This document shows positions 62,306 through 64,000 of a stretch of 64,000 nt of DNA, piece after piece (the stretch's first letter is position 1; each line of letters starts with the position of its first letter). The position numbers and the translations under genes are program-made. The stretch spans positions 54,926-118,925 of the forward strand of contig CALXZH010000027.1 of assembly GCA_944393175.1 (NCBI GenBank), written 5' to 3'. The notes beneath the pieces were generated by a model that saw nothing but the letters and a program-made list of their open reading frames with translations, had not been told where the DNA came from and ran no database searches. Source of the DNA: an uncultured Alphaproteobacteria bacterium. Lineage in GTDB: Bacteria > Pseudomonadota > Alphaproteobacteria > RF32 > CAG-239.

Positions 62306-64000
62306 ACAACTCGTTGAGTTTATCTTTTAATGAACTCGGACTTAAAGCCGACAATGGATTTATATCAATATCAGCGTCGTCCAAATTGCCAGTTATGCTG
62401 TAATTGGCGGCAAATACCGTTCCGTCTTTACCAACCAACAAATTGCCTAGCAAGGGAATTTTTCCTAACATCGTATTCAAACTATAGGCCGGAGCAATAA
62501 CACCATTGACATTAATTTCATCAAAACGACGGTCATAAGTACCGCTGGCCGTAATACCCAACACGTCTCCGAATGCTTTTGATTCCTTGAGGTGCAATTG
62601 TTTATTTTGATATTCAAACGGCGCATCTAAATGTGAAAAAGTCAGTCCCTCGCCTTTTAGTAAATCTACCATACCGCTGAATGAAGCAACAGTCAGCAAT
62701 TTGGCTATAACCGGCGTATTATATATGCTAAAGTTTCTGATTTTGGCATGGCCTATAAAATTTTTATCCTTGGTTCTTCTGGCTTCAATTTGGATAATTC
62801 CATTTTTCATATTATCGTAGACACGTAGGGCTTTGAGCGTTGCTCCGGCATCATTACTGTCAACCGAGAGCAAAAATTCATTATTGGGGCGCGGAACATA
62901 ATCAAACTTAATTCTTTTACGTTGATCATTGCTATAGTTGCCTATCAAATGTATTTCGTTAACACCTATGCCATTGCGAAGTTGTGCCGAGCCTGCAAAA
63001 TTTGTTATCGGCAGCTGAGGGGTTGTCCACAAATTGTTTACGGCAATAAAGATGTCCGTATCCGTGACATGTTCTAATTCGTCATCATCTTCTTGCGTCG
63101 TGGCAACCAAAGTCTTTTTATCTATTTTGATTTTATTTTCATTCTTTTCAAAGAAAGGTGTTAAATCATAACTTGTTCCCGAAATATTAATTTTTACTTT
63201 TTTCTTGGGGCTATATGAAAAGTCTATTCTCGCTTTGGCTGATGTTTTGGGACCGTTTATCTCGCCAATGTCAACCGTTTTCATATTTCCTTGAGCATCA
63301 AGCTCAACTTTTCCTGACAATTTAAAATCATCTTTAAATAAGGAAAATTGCGGAACAGCTACTAGTTTATTATTATATAAATTAAGTGTGGTCGTTAAAT
63401 TGGCCGGCTCATCTAATTTTTTCTTAAATCCTAAGAACGAGAAATCCACCGTCATTTTGCTTAATTGTGCATTTAAGCTAACGGAAGTTCTCTTGTCATC
63501 AAATATTGTGATTTCAGAATCAATCATCGCATACCCATCAACATAGGGCGGATTTAAAATTGAGCTATCGACACCTAAAACTTGTTTTACCGCATTGTTA
63601 AATTTGAATGATAACTTATAACGGCTTTGATAGTTTTTAGCTGAGAAATTCTCATTCCAAACTAATTTTAGCGGAATATTCTCTAATTTGGCATCTCCGG
63701 TTAACGATAGCCCTTGATTATTTACCTCAAGAGTTAGGCTCTCGGCGGATAGTGCCTTGTTTTTATAAGCATTCGGGAAACGTACATTCTTTAGTGAAGA
63801 TAAGACATTTACCTTTACTTCATCTGTATTCAAATCATTTTTTAATTCAAAATTCAGCTTTAATGAAGTGTCTGCGTCACCGATAATGGCATCAGGCTTT
63901 AATCCCATTGCCGTCGTATAGCCAAGCGGCGGATTGTCAATTAAACGCAGGGCATCACTCACGCTGGAATTGAGCTCCAAATCTATATCTGCATAATTGT
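62283..64000 (-). CDS. AsmA/YhdP-family large envelope protein (DUF3971-type C-terminal region); N-terminus runs off the right edge
   Basis: The frame is open to the window end. The C terminus FAANYSITGNLDDADIDINPLSALSPSSLK is typical of the YhdP/AsmA2 family as I recall it. Confidence 0.65.
   Translation of the reverse strand, partial: NYADIDLELNSSVSDALRLIDNPPLGYTTAMGLKPDAIIGDADTSLKLNFELKNDLNTDEVKVNVLSSLKNVRFPNAYKNKALSAESLTLEVNNQGLSLTGDAKLENIPLKLVWNENFSAKNYQSRYKLSFKFNNAVKQVLGVDSSILNPPYVDGYAMIDSEITIFDDKRTSVSLNAQLSKMTVDFSFLGFKKKLDEPANLTTTLNLYNNKLVAVPQFSLFKDDFKLSGKVELDAQGNMKTVDIGEINGPKTSAKARIDFSYSPKKKVKINISGTSYDLTPFFEKNENKIKIDKKTLVATTQEDDDELEHVTDTDIFIAVNNLWTTPQLPITNFAGSAQLRNGIGVNEIHLIGNYSNDQRKRIKFDYVPRPNNEFLLSVDSNDAGATLKALRVYDNMKNGIIQIEARRTKDKNFIGHAKIRNFSIYNTPVIAKLLTVASFSGMVDLLKGEGLTFSHLDAPFEYQNKQLHLKESKAFGDVLGITASGTYDRRFDEINVNGVIAPAYSLNTMLGKIPLLGNLLVGKDGTVFAANYSITGNLDDADIDINPLSALSPSSLKDKLNELFGTSDEN

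Overview
Visibly AT-rich bacterial chromosomal segment. Gene content and local synteny point to an alphaproteobacterium, possibly host-associated; this is inference only. The cues are a rod-binding-only FlgJ, a sigma-54 flgI promoter, a short GltX, an M16 peptidase next to ispH, a ScsB/DsbD-type reductase, secA divergent from a parvulin PPIase, and a YhdP/AsmA-like gene.

Most of the window is housekeeping: an LPS/glycan locus edge (GT10 fucosyltransferase, cytidylyltransferase), an ABC-F ATPase, an MsbA-like exporter, mnmA, flgI-flgJ-flgN-flgK-flgL, glgB-glgX-malQ, tRNA-Leu(CAA), a LysR regulator, gltX, elbB, an M16 peptidase, ispH, rnhA, a dsbD-like gene, yqgE, an ACP, secA, a PPIase, glmS, tRNA-Asp(GUC), an M23 peptidase, mlaC-like, an amino-acid-binding protein and an esterase.

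Four accessory regions stand out.
(1) 7236-10313: a tightly coupled three-gene cassette of a degenerate SNF2-like protein, an IbrA-like PP-loop PAPS-reductase/DUF3440 protein and an IbrB-like ParB/Srx protein. It matches no described modification or defence system as a whole and is my top candidate for an undescribed system.
(2) 49.5-60.9 kb: a compact, apparently intact podovirus-type packaging/lysis/head/tail-tube cluster with a divergent HTH-S24 repressor whose catalytic Ser appears to be replaced. It has no integrase, replication or tail-fibre genes, so it is either a defective prophage or a GTA-like domesticated element.
(3) 31046-32116: an AlbA_2/Schlafen-like gene packed between ispH and rnhA.
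(4) 42.7-45.2 kb: an ORFan islet ending in a 75-bp direct repeat that duplicates the 3' end and terminator of tRNA-Asp, next to a decayed tRNA-Asp-like copy.

No CRISPR array, rRNA, transposase or integrase was seen. All functional calls rest on by-eye motif recognition and recalled family knowledge; no database search was run.
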